Origin: Candidatus Latescibacterota bacterium
Lineage (GTDB): Bacteria; Latescibacterota; UBA2968; UBA8231
Length of the DNA stretch: 64,000 bases
Direction: 5' to 3'
Assembly: GCA_965203355.1 (NCBI GenBank)
Contig: OZ241889.1
Coordinates: 128,001 to 192,000 of the forward strand
This document shows, piece by piece, positions 9,758-20,498 of this stretch. How positions within the stretch are numbered: position 1 is the first letter of the stretch; every line of letters starts with the position of its first letter. Under the pieces are notes generated by a model that was not told the DNA's origin, searched no databases, and saw only the letters and a program-made list of their open reading frames with translations. Both the position numbers and the translations under genes were made by a program.

Positions 9758-11524
9758 TTACTGATACCGCTGACGCCAGAAGGGCATGTGCTCGCCAATG
9801 GCTTCCTCTAAGTATTGGCGCACCTCAGCCGCCGTGTCCATGGCCAAGCATTCGTCGGCGATTTGCCGCGCCTTTTCAGCACGAGTGGCGCGAATGACCT
9901 CCTTGACCTCCGGGATAAGACCAGGGCTTAGACTCAAACAATCCAGCCCCAGACCGAGCAAGAGCGTCGTGGCCAAGGGGTCGCCGGCCATCTCGCCGCA
10001 GATGCTCACGGGCGTGTTGGTGCGCTGGCCGCTGTCGGCGACCATTTTGATCAAGCGCAAGACCGCCGGGTGAAACGGGTCGTAGAGCCACGCCACTTTG
10101 CTTGTGCCGCGATCCACGGCCAACGCGTACTGGGTCAGGTCGTTGGTGCCGAGGCTGAAAAAATCCACTTCGCGAGCAAAGTGATCGGCCAGCAAAGCCA
10201 CAGACGGCACTTCGACCATAATGCCCAGCTTGCAATGCTCGGCAAAGGGTTGCCCCGCCGCCCGCAACTCGTCTTTGGCTTCCTCCACTAGCGCCCGGGC
10301 GCGCCGCAACTCGTTCAAGCTAGAAATCATCGGCAACAAGATCTGAGCCGCGCCGCGGGCACCGGCTCTGAGCAAGGCGCGTAGCTGCGTCTTGAACAGG
10401 TCTGGAGTATCGAGGCAAATGCGGATGCCGCGCCACCCCAAGAAGGGGTTGGCCTCGGGGGGCACCTCTAAGACGTGGGACAGCTTGTCGCCGCCCAAGT
10501 CCATGGTGCGAATCACCACGGGATATGGAGCCAGCGATTCGACGAGGGTGGAATAGATCTTGAACTGCTCCTCCTCGGAGGGCAAGCGGTAGTTGAGATA
10601 CAGGAACTCGGTGCGGTACATGCCCACGCCGCGAGCGCCGTGGTCGAGCGCCGCTTGCACTTCGGTATGCACATCGACGTTGGCCGTCAAGACAATCTCC
10701 TGCCCGTCTTGGGTAATCGCGGGCAAGTCGCGCCGGCGCTCTAGGTCGCGCTCGCGCCGCAGTTGACGCTGGCGACGCGCCCGATAGCGCCGTTCCTCGT
10801 GGACATCGGGCCGCAGGTGTACCCGGCCTTCGTTGCCATCGACGACCACTAAGTCGCCGTCGGCCACTTGCTGCGAACAGTCGCCGGTGCCGACGACCGT
10901 GGGTAGCTGCAACGAGCGGGCAATGATGGCCGCGTGCGAAGCCGCGCCGCCCGCATCGAGCACCACGCCTTTGATCCGGCGGCGCTCTAGGCGCACCATC
11001 TCCGAGGGCAGCAAGTCGTGGGCTAGGACAATCGCGTTGGCGCGGAGCGAATCAAGCGCTTTGACCTCGCCCCCGGCTAAGCGCATCAACACCTGATTTT
11101 CTATATCCGCGATGTCGCTTATCCGCGCCCGCAGGTATTCGTTTTCAATGTTGCCGAAGGCCTCTTTGACTTTCTCCAGTTCCTCGGCGTATGCCCACTC
11201 GGCCGAATAGTGCTTTTCGCGAATCAAGGCCTCGGTCTGCGCTAGGATGGATGCGTCTTCTAGCATGGCTAACTGGGCGTCGAATATCTGCGCTAGTTCC
11301 TCGCCCTGCTCGCTGGCGACCCAGCGGCGAATGCGCCGAATTTCGTCCCCGGCTTGATGGAGTATGTTGCGAAAGTGCTCGATCTCCTCGGCAACCAGAT
11401 GCTGCGCCACGCGCCGACGGGTGATAACCGGGGCCTGCTTGTCGTATGCGAAAGCCCGGCCAATGCCAATGCCGGGGGAGACGCATATCCCATTGAAAAC
11501 CCTATGTTCGCGGGTCGCGGTCAA
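9758..11524 (-). CDS. ptsI: PEP-protein phosphotransferase (PTS enzyme I)
   Basis: [12 protein letters not shown] phospho-His motif, [40 protein letters not shown]. Confidence 0.97.
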   Translation of the reverse strand: MTATREHRVFNGICVSPGIGIGRAFAYDKQAPVITRRRVAQHLVAEEIEHFRNILHQAGDEIRRIRRWVASEQGEELAQIFDAQLAMLEDASILAQTEALIREKHYSAEWAYAEELEKVKEAFGNIENEYLRARISDIADIENQVLMRLAGGEVKALDSLRANAIVLAHDLLPSEMVRLERRRIKGVVLDAGGAASHAAIIARSLQLPTVVGTGDCSQQVADGDLVVVDGNEGRVHLRPDVHEERRYRARRQRQLRRERDLERRRDLPAITQDGQEIVLTANVDVHTEVQAALDHGARGVGMYRTEFLYLNYRLPSEEEQFKIYSTLVESLAPYPVVIRTMDLGGDKLSHVLEVPPEANPFLGWRGIRICLDTPDLFKTQLRALLRAGARGAAQILLPMISSLNELRRARALVEEAKDELRAAGQPFAEHCKLGIMVEVPSVALLADHFAREVDFFSLGTNDLTQYALAVDRGTSKVAWLYDPFHPAVLRLIKMVADSGQRTNTPVSICGEMAGDPLATTLLLGLGLDCLSLSPGLIPEVKEVIRATRAEKARQIADECLAMDTAAEVRQYLEEAIGEHMPFWRQRYQ

Positions 11525-11793
11525 ATCTGCCCCTCAAAGGTGCTTTCCAGCAGTGAGACCATGGCCTCAACGGCCGCGGCCTCGTCTTCACCCTCGGCCC
11601 GGACGGCAACTTGGGCCCCTTGCCCGGCGGCCAGCATCATCACGCCCATGATGCTCTTGCCGTTGACCCCATCGACGTCGCCTTTGGAAAGGTAAATGTC
11701 GGCCTTGAATCGGCCGGCCGTCTGTACCAAAAGCGCGGCTGGCCGAGCGTGAATACCCAGTGGATTGTTGATGGTGGCCGTCTTTTCAACCAT
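11521..11793 (-). CDS. ptsH: Phosphocarrier protein HPr
   Basis: Start at MVEKTA (11793), 90 aa. GIHARPAA (His15) and NGKSIMGVM (Ser46 site). Confidence 0.96.
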   Translation of the reverse strand: MVEKTATINNPLGIHARPAALLVQTAGRFKADIYLSKGDVDGVNGKSIMGVMMLAAGQGAQVAVRAEGEDEAAAVEAMVSLLESTFEGQI

Positions 11794-11798
11794 GACCC

Positions 11799-12554
11799 TT
11801 ACTCCTGTCGTTCTTTTATGTGTACTGCGCGGCTCAGGGCACACAAGCGCGGCTGATCGTCTTCGACGACGCTGCCCGTGACCACGAAGCCCGCACCGGC
11901 TTCCACCTTGGCCCGCGCCACCCCCGGTTCGCGAATGCCGCCACCGACGATGACCGGCACCGATACGCAATCGGCGACCGCGCTCACCATTTCGTCGGGC
12001 ACGGACGCGCACGCGCCGCTGCCGGTCTCTAGGTAAATAAGCCTCATGCCCAAGTACTCGGCCGCCAAAGCGTGGGCCATGGCGATGTCGATCTTGTCGC
12101 GCGGGATGGGCCGAGTATCGCTCATAAACTCCACCGAGGTCAAGGTCCCCGATTCGACCAGCATATACCCGGTGGGGATGGTCTCAATGCCGTACTCGCG
12201 GATCAAGGGAGCGGCCTTGACGTGCTCGCCGATCAAGAGCTCGGGGTTGCGCCCGCTGACCAGCGACAGAAAGAGGATCGCATCGGCTGTCGGCACCACC
12301 TGTCCCGAGCTGCCGGGAAAGCTAATCACCGGCACATCTACCTTGGCTCGGACGCGCTCGAAACAGACCACATTGCGCGACGAGAACATCAGGCTCGTGC
12401 CGATGAGAATCGCGTCGGCCCCGGCCGCAACGCAGCGCTGAGCGCGCGCCTCCAACTCGTCTGGAGCCAATCGATCTGGATCGAGCAGAGGCAGGTAGCC
12501 AGCGCCTCGGCGGTGTCGGATGTCTAGCAGGTATTGTAGTACACTGCTCGTCAC
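11799..12554 (-). CDS. Geranylgeranylglyceryl/heptaprenylglyceryl phosphate synthase (group II-like)
   Basis: [56 protein letters not shown] motifs of the TIM-barrel prenyltransferase. Confidence 0.92.
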   Translation of the reverse strand: MTSSVLQYLLDIRHRRGAGYLPLLDPDRLAPDELEARAQRCVAAGADAILIGTSLMFSSRNVVCFERVRAKVDVPVISFPGSSGQVVPTADAILFLSLVSGRNPELLIGEHVKAAPLIREYGIETIPTGYMLVESGTLTSVEFMSDTRPIPRDKIDIAMAHALAAEYLGMRLIYLETGSGACASVPDEMVSAVADCVSVPVIVGGGIREPGVARAKVEAGAGFVVTGSVVEDDQPRLCALSRAVHIKERQE

Positions 12555-12567
12555 AAATTTAACTCGC

Positions 12568-15192
12568 CTATTTTAGCTGCTGCTCGACGATGCGCGCCAC
12601 TTGCGCTAGCGCCTCGTCGAGTTTGCCCGGGTCGCGTCCGCCCGCTTGGGCCAAGTGCGCCTTGCCGCCACCCGAGCCACCGGCAAGCTGCGCCACGCCG
12701 CGCACAATGTCGCCGGCCTTCAGCCCGCGGCCCTTAATCAAGTCGTCGGAGACAACCGCGATAAAGGAAACCTTGCCGCCGATATCCGCCCCCAAAACGC
12801 CCACTCCCGACCCCAAGCTCTCGCGCAGTCCGTCGGCCATGGCCCGCAGGCTGGGCACATCCTCGGCTTGGGTGCGTTGCGCCACGACCTTGACCCCTTG
12901 TACTGCGCGCGCTTCGGTCAAGTTATGGGTCGCTTCTAGCACCGCAACCCGCCGCCGCAATTCGTCGAGGGACCGCTCCAACTGACGATTGCGACCCAAG
13001 AGCGCTTCGATCTTGTCCGCCAACTTTTCGGGCGCGGCGTTGAGCCGAGTGCTCAAATCCGTCAACACCTGTCGCCGCTGCCGTGCGGCCCGCGCGGCAC
13101 CCTCGCCAGTCAACGCCTCGCTGCGCCGGACGCCCGCGGCAATGCCGCTTTCGGAGAGCAAATCGAACGCGCCGATTTCGCCGGTCGAGCGCACGTGAGT
13201 ACCGCCACACAGTTCGAGACTGAAGTCGCCGATCCGCACCACGCGAACCTGATCCTCGTATTTTTCGCCAAAGAGCGCCCGGGCCCCCATGGCCCGGGCT
13301 TTTTCCAACTTTTCTTGAAAAGTGCTCACTTTTAGGTCGGCGCGAATCTGCTCATTGACCCGCTCCTCAATTTCGCGCAACTGCTCAGGTTCTACCGCGG
13401 CGAAATGCGAAAAGTCAAAGCGCAAGCGGTCCGGTGCGACCAGCGAACCCATCTGCCCCACGTGGTCGCCAAGGGTCCGCCGCAGCGACTCGTGCAACAG
13501 ATGAGTCGCCGTGTGGTTGCGCTCGGCGTCCATGCGAGCGGAGGCGTCAACGCGGGCAACTACCACACCGGTCAACGCGCCAGCCTCACCTTTCACTAAG
13601 CGACCGATGTGGAAGATGCCACCGTGCTCCTTCTTCGCGTCCTCCACTTCGACGACAAAACCTTCGCCCTCAATCATTCCTCGGTCGCCGACTTGCCCCC
13701 CAGCCTCAGCGTAAAAAGGGGTCCGATTCAGCAAGAGCCACACTCGGTCGTCTTCGCCCCCGCCGATGCGATCCGCTTCCACCACCTCAGCCTCTATCTC
13801 CAACTCGTCGTAGCCGACGAAGGCCGAAGCCGACTTCTTTTCGACTTTTGGCGTTCCCCCGGTAATGCTGCCAAGGGCAAGGGATTTTTTAGCCTGACGC
13901 GACCGTTCCTGCTGCGCGGCGCGATCGCGGTCGTATCCCTCTGGCTCTAGCACCGAGACTTCCTGTTCACGGGCCATCAGCTCGGTCAAGTCTTTGGGGA
14001 AGCCGTAGGTATCCTCGAGATGAAAAATTTCAGCACCGGTGATCTGTCCGTTAGCGGCAAACCGCGCGAAGAGGTCCAACCCGCGGTCGAGCGTCTTGCC
14101 AAAACTCTCCTCCTCGGAGCGGATGACGCGCGCGATGTGATCCTGCCTAGCCGGCACCTCCGGGAAGACATACCCGATGGTTTCGCCCAAGGTGTCAACT
14201 AACTGATGAATGAAGGGATCGTGCTGATCGAGTTGGCGGGCGTAGCGCGCGGCGCGGCGCAGGATGCGGCGCAGGACGTACCCACGCCCCTCGTTGGCCG
14301 GCATGGCGCCGTCGGCCAGGGCGAAGCTGAGGGCGCGGACGTGGTCGGCGATGACCTGCATGGGGACTCGGTACTCGCCGCCGTACTCTTTGCCCGTACA
14401 TTCGGCGATGCGGCCGATGAGCGGCCCAAAGACATCGGTCTCGTAGCTGCTCTCGGCTCCCTGCAAAAGACTACACATCCGCTCAAAGCCCATGCCGGTA
14501 TCCACGTGCTTTTCAGGCAGGGGTTGCAGTGCCCCGGTTTCATCGCGGTTGTACTGGATAAAGACCAAGTTCCAGATCTCGACCAAATCGCCCGTATCGT
14601 CGATGAGCATACGGCGATTTTGCGCCGCCAGGTCGTCGCCCAAGTAGTAGTGAATTTCAGAGCAGGGTCCACAGGGGCCGGTCTCGCCCATTTCCCAAAA
14701 GTTTTCCTTGGCCGGCAAACGCACGACGCGGCCCGGCAGCAGGTCGGTGCATTCGCGCCAAAACGCCTCGGCCGCCCCATCGGCTTCTACCGCGTCATCG
14801 CCGACAAAAACGGTCGCCCAGAGCCGTTCCTTTTCCAAGCCAAAGTGCTCGGTGATTAACTCCCAACCCCACTCAATGGCCTCTTTTTTGAAATAGTCGC
14901 CAAAGGACCAGTTGCCCAGCATCTCAAAGAAGGTGTGGTGCCAAGGGCTGTAACCGACTTCGTCGAGGTCGTTGTGCTTGCCCGAGACCCGCACGACCTT
15001 TTGCGTATCAACCGCCCGGGTGTAGTCGCGCCGGCCCAAGCCCAAGAATACATCCTTGAACTGATTCATGCCGGCGTTGGTAAAATAGAGGGTAGGGTCG
15101 TCTTGCGGCACGACCGGCGCACTCGGTACGCGCACGTGGCCCTTATCTTCAAAAAAACGGAGGAACGCTTCTCTAATCTCTCTCGACTGCAT
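12568..15192 (-). CDS. alaS: Alanine--tRNA ligase
   Basis: FTNAGMNQFK, HHTFFEMLGNWSFGDYFK, editing domain HTATHLL/ELCGGTH, C-terminal GGSGGG. Confidence 0.99.
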   Translation of the reverse strand: MQSREIREAFLRFFEDKGHVRVPSAPVVPQDDPTLYFTNAGMNQFKDVFLGLGRRDYTRAVDTQKVVRVSGKHNDLDEVGYSPWHHTFFEMLGNWSFGDYFKKEAIEWGWELITEHFGLEKERLWATVFVGDDAVEADGAAEAFWRECTDLLPGRVVRLPAKENFWEMGETGPCGPCSEIHYYLGDDLAAQNRRMLIDDTGDLVEIWNLVFIQYNRDETGALQPLPEKHVDTGMGFERMCSLLQGAESSYETDVFGPLIGRIAECTGKEYGGEYRVPMQVIADHVRALSFALADGAMPANEGRGYVLRRILRRAARYARQLDQHDPFIHQLVDTLGETIGYVFPEVPARQDHIARVIRSEEESFGKTLDRGLDLFARFAANGQITGAEIFHLEDTYGFPKDLTELMAREQEVSVLEPEGYDRDRAAQQERSRQAKKSLALGSITGGTPKVEKKSASAFVGYDELEIEAEVVEADRIGGGEDDRVWLLLNRTPFYAEAGGQVGDRGMIEGEGFVVEVEDAKKEHGGIFHIGRLVKGEAGALTGVVVARVDASARMDAERNHTATHLLHESLRRTLGDHVGQMGSLVAPDRLRFDFSHFAAVEPEQLREIEERVNEQIRADLKVSTFQEKLEKARAMGARALFGEKYEDQVRVVRIGDFSLELCGGTHVRSTGEIGAFDLLSESGIAAGVRRSEALTGEGAARAARQRRQVLTDLSTRLNAAPEKLADKIEALLGRNRQLERSLDELRRRVAVLEATHNLTEARAVQGVKVVAQRTQAEDVPSLRAMADGLRESLGSGVGVLGADIGGKVSFIAVVSDDLIKGRGLKAGDIVRGVAQLAGGSGGGKAHLAQAGGRDPGKLDEALAQVARIVEQQLK

Positions 15193-15202
15193 AAAATCTC
15201 CT

Positions 15203-15237
15203 GTGACCAGTGGTCGGTGGTCAGTGGCCAGTGGCCA
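15203..15237. repeat. Five degenerate 7-bp tandem repeats
   Basis: GTGACCA-GTGGTCG-GTGGTCA-GTGGCCA-GTGGCCA fills the recX-alaS intergenic space. Confidence 0.85.
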
Positions 15238-15238
15238 G

Positions 15239-15727
15239 CTAGCCGTCAGCGCGATTACTGGCTAACTCCTGCCACACCTGTTCGACCGCTACGCTGGCCG
15301 TTTCCGCATCGCAACCGCGCCGGGCCAAAAAGCCCAGCATCCGACGCTTGGCCTTGTCGGGTGCCAATCCCCGGTAGCGCCAAACCTGCTTGCTCAACAA
15401 TTCGACCGCCCGTTCACTCGAATCGAGCACCGGGGCGTACTCGGCGAGAATCTCGTCAATCACGCCTGCGGCCACGCCTTTATGCCTGAGTTCCTCGGCT
15501 AGTTTGCGCGCACCACAAGCCCGCGGCAACCGCGCCTCAACCCAACGCCGAGCGAACTCGCTGTCGTCGAGGAGCTGCTGGCGCTGCAAGTCAGCGAGGA
15601 CCGCGGCGACGACCTCAGCGGCAAAATCCTTCTCCCTTAGCTTGTCGCGCACCTCGGCTACGGATCGCGCCCGATAGCTGAGATAGCGATAGGCCACGTC
15701 CTTGGCTTTTTGCAGTGGGTCGGCCAC
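15239..15727 (-). CDS. recX: Regulatory protein RecX
   Basis: YLSYRARSVAEVRDKL, LDDSEFARRWV, ELRHKGV, FLARRG. Immediately downstream of recA. Confidence 0.93.
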   Translation of the reverse strand: MADPLQKAKDVAYRYLSYRARSVAEVRDKLREKDFAAEVVAAVLADLQRQQLLDDSEFARRWVEARLPRACGARKLAEELRHKGVAAGVIDEILAEYAPVLDSSERAVELLSKQVWRYRGLAPDKAKRRMLGFLARRGCDAETASVAVEQVWQELASNRADG

Positions 15728-16792
15728 TTATTCGTCGGCCTCGCGGGCCTCGTTTTGTCCTACCGCAACCTCCAGGCCCAACTCGACGCGCAGCTTGTGC
15801 TCGATCTCGGCGGCGACTGGTGCGTTTTCGCGTAGAAAAACGCGGGCATTATCTCGGCCCTGCCCCAATCGCTCGCCATGGTAGGAAAACCACGCTCCAC
15901 TCTTGTCAATAAGCCCCTTGGCAACGCCGATATCAATCAGGTCGCCTTCCCAAGAAATGCCGATTTGGTCGCCGTGAAAGATCAAGTCGAATTCGGCTTC
16001 GCGAAAGGGGGGGGCCACTTTGTTTTTGACCACCTTGACCCGAGTGCGATTGCCGATGTCGAGATCGCCATCTTTGACGCGGGCGATGCGGCGGATATCG
16101 AGGCGCACCGAAGAATAGAAGGGCAGGGCGCGCCCGCCGGTGGTGGTCTCCGGGTTGCCGAACATCACGCCGATTTTCATGCGCAACTGGTTGAGAAAGA
16201 TCAAACAAGTGTGCGAGCGGTTGATCGAGCCGGCGAGCTTGCGCAGGGCTTGGGACATCAGCCGCGCATGCAAGCCCACGTGCGAATCGCCCATGTCGCC
16301 TTCCAATTCGGCCTGCGGCACCAGCGCGGCCACCGAATCCACCACGATGATGTCGAAGGCACCGCTGCGCACCAAGGTATCGACGATTTCGAGGGCCTGC
16401 TCGCCCGAATCCGGCTGCGATATGATTAGGTTTTCCACATCAACGCCAATGCGCCGCGCAAAGCTGACGTCCAGGGCGTGTTCGGCGTCGATGAAAGCCG
16501 CTGTGCCTCCGCGTTTTTGCGCCTCGCGAATGGCGTGTAGCGAGAGCATGGTTTTACCCGCTCCCTCTGGACCGGATATTTCGACGATCCGCCCCTTGGG
16601 CAAGCCGCCGATGCCCAGCGCTGCATCTACGGCCAGTGATCCGGTAGAAATCGCCTCCACTTCTTGCACTCCACCCTCGGCCCCGAGGCGCATGATCGAC
16701 CCCTTGCCGTATTGCTTTTCAATCTGCGACATGGCCAGTTCCAAGGCTCTGGCCTTGTTGCCGTCTGCACGGTGTCCGTTCGCTTTCGCCAT
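15728..16792 (-). CDS. recA: Recombinase RecA
   Basis: Start at MAKANG (16792). [49 protein letters not shown]. Confidence 0.99.
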   Translation of the reverse strand: MAKANGHRADGNKARALELAMSQIEKQYGKGSIMRLGAEGGVQEVEAISTGSLAVDAALGIGGLPKGRIVEISGPEGAGKTMLSLHAIREAQKRGGTAAFIDAEHALDVSFARRIGVDVENLIISQPDSGEQALEIVDTLVRSGAFDIIVVDSVAALVPQAELEGDMGDSHVGLHARLMSQALRKLAGSINRSHTCLIFLNQLRMKIGVMFGNPETTTGGRALPFYSSVRLDIRRIARVKDGDLDIGNRTRVKVVKNKVAPPFREAEFDLIFHGDQIGISWEGDLIDIGVAKGLIDKSGAWFSYHGERLGQGRDNARVFLRENAPVAAEIEHKLRVELGLEVAVGQNEAREADE

Positions 16793-16806
16793 GAAAATCT
16801 CCCCAA

Positions 16807-17271
16807 TTAAAGTGTGCTCATCCACTCGACCAAATAGGACGATGAGCAAATGACCACGTTGCTGTACAGGCCAGCGACCACGTCGTCGGCCACGATGCCC
16901 CAGCCCCCGGGCAGGGCTTCTAGCGGCCGCGCCGGGGGCGGCTTTACAATATCGAAGGCGCGGAAGACGAAGAAACCTGCGATGATCGTCCCGGCACTTG
17001 GGGGCAAAAATGCCACTGCAAAGAGAAAGCCCACCCCCTCGTCAACGACGACCTGCCCGGGGTCATCGCCCCATTCCGGGGCCGCCCGGCCCGCGCTGTA
17101 CACCCCTATGGCCGAGGCGACTAAAAGCACCCCGAGCCACTCCAGCGTCCCCAACGGCGGGAAAAATGACCCGTACAACCAATACACCAAAGCGACAAAC
17201 GCGGTGCCAGCCGTACCGGGTGCCCACGGGGCATAGCCGACAAAAAAGAGCGTGGCGATCAGTCGGTTCAG
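16807..17271 (-). CDS. pgpA: Phosphatidylglycerophosphatase A (probable CTG start)
   Basis: The frame extends upstream of the ORF call to (M)[40 protein letters not shown] and [10 protein letters not shown] motifs. Confidence 0.9.
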   Translation of the reverse strand: MNRLIATLFFVGYAPWAPGTAGTAFVALVYWLYGSFFPPLGTLEWLGVLLVASAIGVYSAGRAAPEWGDDPGQVVVDEGVGFLFAVAFLPPSAGTIIAGFFVFRAFDIVKPPPARPLEALPGGWGIVADDVVAGLYSNVVICSSSYLVEWMSTL

Positions 17272-17297
17272 AAGAAACGCGTTCCTCTACGCCGCGC

Positions 17298-17891
17298 TCA
17301 GGGTTCCTTGTAGGAAAAGGTCGCGCGGAACAGGTAGTGAAAACCCGACAGCAGCGTCAGCAACAACACCCCGGCCAACAGTGCATTGGCCAAAAGCTGG
17401 ATTAGCTGATCGTCGAGAAAGGAAAGATGGCCTGCGGCAAAGCGCCCCCTCGCCTCCTCAAGGCCAATGACAAAAAGTATGAAGATAACCGTGAAAAGCT
17501 GGACCGCGGTCTTCCACTTGGCCAAGCGCGAAGTGACCATGGGGCGGCCCCGGTATATCCCGTAGAGGCGCACACCCGTAATCAGGATGTCGCGCCCGAC
17601 GATGGGCAAGACCAGCCAAAAATTGACCATTTTGTCCAACGCTAGGGCAACAAGTGCCGAAGTTATCAAGATCTTGTCGGCCAACGGGTCCAAGAAGCGG
17701 CCCAGCGGCGTTACTTGGTTGCCAGCACGCGCTAGTTTACCATCGTAGAAATCGGTCAGCGCGGCAGCACTGAAGACGACGAAGGCAAGGCTCCAAGTAT
17801 CGGTGAACAGCAGCAGCAAAAACAGCGGCGTCAAACCGATCCTGAGCGCGGTCAGTCCATTGGGCAAGTTAAAAATATCGCGCCGGTCCAT
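17298..17891 (-). CDS. pgsA: CDP-diacylglycerol--glycerol-3-phosphate 3-phosphatidyltransferase
   Basis: NLPNGLTALR and TDFYDGKLAR..GRFLDPLADK CDP-alcohol phosphotransferase motif. Confidence 0.93.
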   Translation of the reverse strand: MDRRDIFNLPNGLTALRIGLTPLFLLLLFTDTWSLAFVVFSAAALTDFYDGKLARAGNQVTPLGRFLDPLADKILITSALVALALDKMVNFWLVLPIVGRDILITGVRLYGIYRGRPMVTSRLAKWKTAVQLFTVIFILFVIGLEEARGRFAAGHLSFLDDQLIQLLANALLAGVLLLTLLSGFHYLFRATFSYKEP

Positions 17892-17897
17892 ATTACC

Positions 17898-18494
17898 TCA
17901 CAGCGAAGACCGGCCGGCAAAGGCCAGCGAAAGAGTGACGCTGTCGGCCAAATCCAAATCCGCGCCCACCGGCAGACCGCGCGCCAGCCTCGATACCTTG
18001 GTCAGTGGCATGAGTTGCTGCGCGATGAAGTGAGCGGTGGCATCGCCCTCGGCGTTGGCATTGAGCGCGAGCATTACCTCTTGGACGCCCTGCTGGCGCA
18101 CACGTTCGACCAAGGAGTCGATGTGCAAATTCTCGGGCAGCACGCCGTCTTGCGGGGAGAGCACTCCGCCGAGCACGTGATACGCCCCAGCGTAAAACTG
18201 ACTCATTTCAAAGGCCAACACATCGCTGGCTTCGGCCACCACGCAGAGGAACTGTTGGTCGCGCCGAGTGTCTCGGCAGACTTCGCATAGAGGCGCGCCT
18301 TTTTGGGTGAAGTTGTAACAAGTGACGCAGTGTTCGATTTGGTCTTTGGCGGCAAGGAGCGCCTTGGCGAGCAACTCGGCTTCCTCGCGCGGCCGCTTGA
18401 CCACATAGAGCGCCAAGCGCTGCGCTGTCTTGCGACCGATGCCGGGCAGCTTGGCAAATGCAACGATCAAATCTTCGAGAGCCAGCGGTTCCAT
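17898..18494 (-). CDS. recR: Recombination mediator RecR
   Basis: LPGIGRKTAQRLA HhH, C4 zinc finger, YHVLGGVLSP, EGDATA, LARGLPVG. Confidence 0.98.
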   Translation of the reverse strand: MEPLALEDLIVAFAKLPGIGRKTAQRLALYVVKRPREEAELLAKALLAAKDQIEHCVTCYNFTQKGAPLCEVCRDTRRDQQFLCVVAEASDVLAFEMSQFYAGAYHVLGGVLSPQDGVLPENLHIDSLVERVRQQGVQEVMLALNANAEGDATAHFIAQQLMPLTKVSRLARGLPVGADLDLADSVTLSLAFAGRSSL

Positions 18495-18502
18495 GCGATT
18501 TA

Positions 18503-20140
18503 TCAGACTAACTCGCCATCAAAAGCGTCGAGCACCGAGCGGAGGGTGGGGTCGGATTCGGGCTGGCTTGTCGCTTGCGAGGCTGGTTGCTCTACTTTAT
18601 TTGCGACGGCCTCTAAGCGCAGCCGCCACCCGTATTTTACCTTGGCTATCTCTTCTATGTTTTCTCGGTTTTTGATCACTTGGGTCATGGCAAAGCGGTC
18701 GGCGGCCCCAAAGCTCAGCTTGAGCACGTGGCCTTCTAGACTGTCTAAGGTCGCCATATTGAGAAAAGATGCCACCGACCGCTTGGCGGCCCCCACGGCA
18801 TTAACCAGCCCGGCCCAGTTAGTGCGCAGCTGATCAAAGCTCGGTGCGGCAACACTAGCGGCATTGCTCGACTCAGCTGGAGCAGCGACTTGCTGCTGAG
18901 CCGGGGGCGGAGGTGCCGCCGGTTCGCGGCGACTGCTGGGCTGCGGAGGTGCCGCCGGTTCACGCGGACCGCTGCCTAGCGGCGGCGGGGCGGCCGGGCG
19001 CGGCGCAGCACCTTCAAGCGACTGCAAGCGACGCAGCAGTTCGCCCACATCGACAGACCGGCCCATCAGCGCCAGATGCACCAAGGCGATTTCTAGGCGG
19101 AAGCGCGGCTGTAGCGAACGCTTTAGATCCGCTTCTACATCCAACAGCGACTGCATCATGCGCAGCAAATCTTCGACCGCCATGGCGTCCGCAAGCTCGC
19201 CACAGCGGCGGCGGGCGTCTTCGGCCATATCCAACTCGTCGGCCCCGCCCTGTATCTTGGCGAAGAGCAGGTGGCGCAAAAGTTCGGCTAGGCCATAGAC
19301 GAACTCCTCAATATCGGCCCCTTCGTCAACGGCTTGGGCGACGACATCCAACACTCGTGCGGGGGCCGCTTCGCGCATGGCGTCGAGCAATTCAAAGTAG
19401 AGACCGCGATCGACGAGACCCAACACCTGCACCACGGCTTGCTGCGACACCTCCGCGCCCAATGAGACCACTTGATCGAGGAGGCTTTCAGCGTCGCGCA
19501 AGGCACCATCCGCACGGCTAGCCAACAGATGGAGCGCGCCCTCCTCCACCGCAATGCCCTCAGCTTGGGCAATGGTGCCGAGATGAGTGGCGATCTGCCC
19601 GGTGGAGATGCGGCGAAAATTGAAGCGCTGACAACGCGAGAGAATGGTGTCCGGGACCGACTGTACTTCCGTGGTGGCAAAGATGAAAACCACGTGCTCT
19701 GGCGGCTCCTCCAGCGTCTTCAACAGCGCATTGAACGCCGCGGTCGAAAGCATGTGAACTTCGTCAATGATGTAGATCTTATAGACACCGGCGGTCGCGG
19801 CGTAGCGCACGACCTCGCGCAACTCGCGGACGTCATCGACGCTGTTGTTGGAGGCCCCGTCGATCTCCAGCACGTTCATGCTGGTGGCGGAGGCGATGCT
19901 CTGGCAGGAATCGCACGCCTCGCAGGGATTGCCGTCGCCGGGGTCGGCGCAGTTGAGGACCTTGGCGAGAATCCGCGCGGTCGTGGTCTTGCCCACGCCG
20001 CGAGGGCCGCAAAACAGGTAGCACTGCGCGACGCGCCCGGAATGGACGGCGCTCTTTAGGGTGGCAGTAATATGCTCCTGCCCGACGACTTCGTCGAATT
20101 GGCGCGGACGCCACTTGCGCGCTGTTACCTGATAGGCCAT
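18503..20140 (-). CDS. dnaX: DNA polymerase III subunit gamma/tau
   Basis: Start at MAYQVTARKWRP (20140). GPRGVGKTT, EIDGASN, IIDEVHML, ALLKTLEEPP, SRCQRF. Pro-rich linker. Confidence 0.98.
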   Translation of the reverse strand: MAYQVTARKWRPRQFDEVVGQEHITATLKSAVHSGRVAQCYLFCGPRGVGKTTTARILAKVLNCADPGDGNPCEACDSCQSIASATSMNVLEIDGASNNSVDDVRELREVVRYAATAGVYKIYIIDEVHMLSTAAFNALLKTLEEPPEHVVFIFATTEVQSVPDTILSRCQRFNFRRISTGQIATHLGTIAQAEGIAVEEGALHLLASRADGALRDAESLLDQVVSLGAEVSQQAVVQVLGLVDRGLYFELLDAMREAAPARVLDVVAQAVDEGADIEEFVYGLAELLRHLLFAKIQGGADELDMAEDARRRCGELADAMAVEDLLRMMQSLLDVEADLKRSLQPRFRLEIALVHLALMGRSVDVGELLRRLQSLEGAAPRPAAPPPLGSGPREPAAPPQPSSRREPAAPPPPAQQQVAAPAESSNAASVAAPSFDQLRTNWAGLVNAVGAAKRSVASFLNMATLDSLEGHVLKLSFGAADRFAMTQVIKNRENIEEIAKVKYGWRLRLEAVANKVEQPASQATSQPESDPTLRSVLDAFDGELV

Positions 20141-20190
20141 TTGCGTTGCTCGACACAGCCAAGCTGAAGGGAAAAAACAAAAAATTAAAA

Positions 20191-20461
20191 GGCCGTGCAC
20201 CCATCTTCGATCCCGCCCTCAGGTCTGCCCAGAGCCAGTTAGCTCCAACCGGACCACTCTGCGGCACACCAAGAGACATTCCTACCGCTGCTACCTTCCG
20301 GTCCTGACGGGGTTCAGAAGCTCTTGATTGCACAGAATCCGGTCTTCAGCGCCACTTTACTCCGGTCGAACAAGGGGTGCGAAAACCTCTGGATGGGAAT
20401 TCAATCCCGCTATAGCGGATTGCGGGTACAGGGCACCGCTATCTCCCCATCTAGCACGACC
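20191..20461 (-). ncRNA. ffs: Large bacterial SRP RNA with Alu domain
   Basis: Minus strand GGTCGTGCTAGATGGGGAGATAGCGGTGCCCTGTACCCGCAATCCGCT... closely parallels Bacillus scRNA. Helix 8 core TCAGGACCGGAAGGTAGCAGC. 5' and 3' ends pair (GTCGTGC/GCACGGC). About 270 nt, directly upstream of dnaX. Confidence 0.95.
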
Positions 20462-20498
20462 TAAAACACTGCATTTCACAGCGGGTATCCGAAAAACA

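Noticed and set aside
18503-20140. Programmed -1 frameshift in dnaX; 19-bp repeat at 18907 and 18943
   Set aside because: No A AAA AAG or long A-run site was seen. The repeat is a small duplication in the Pro-rich linker (REPAAPP twice).
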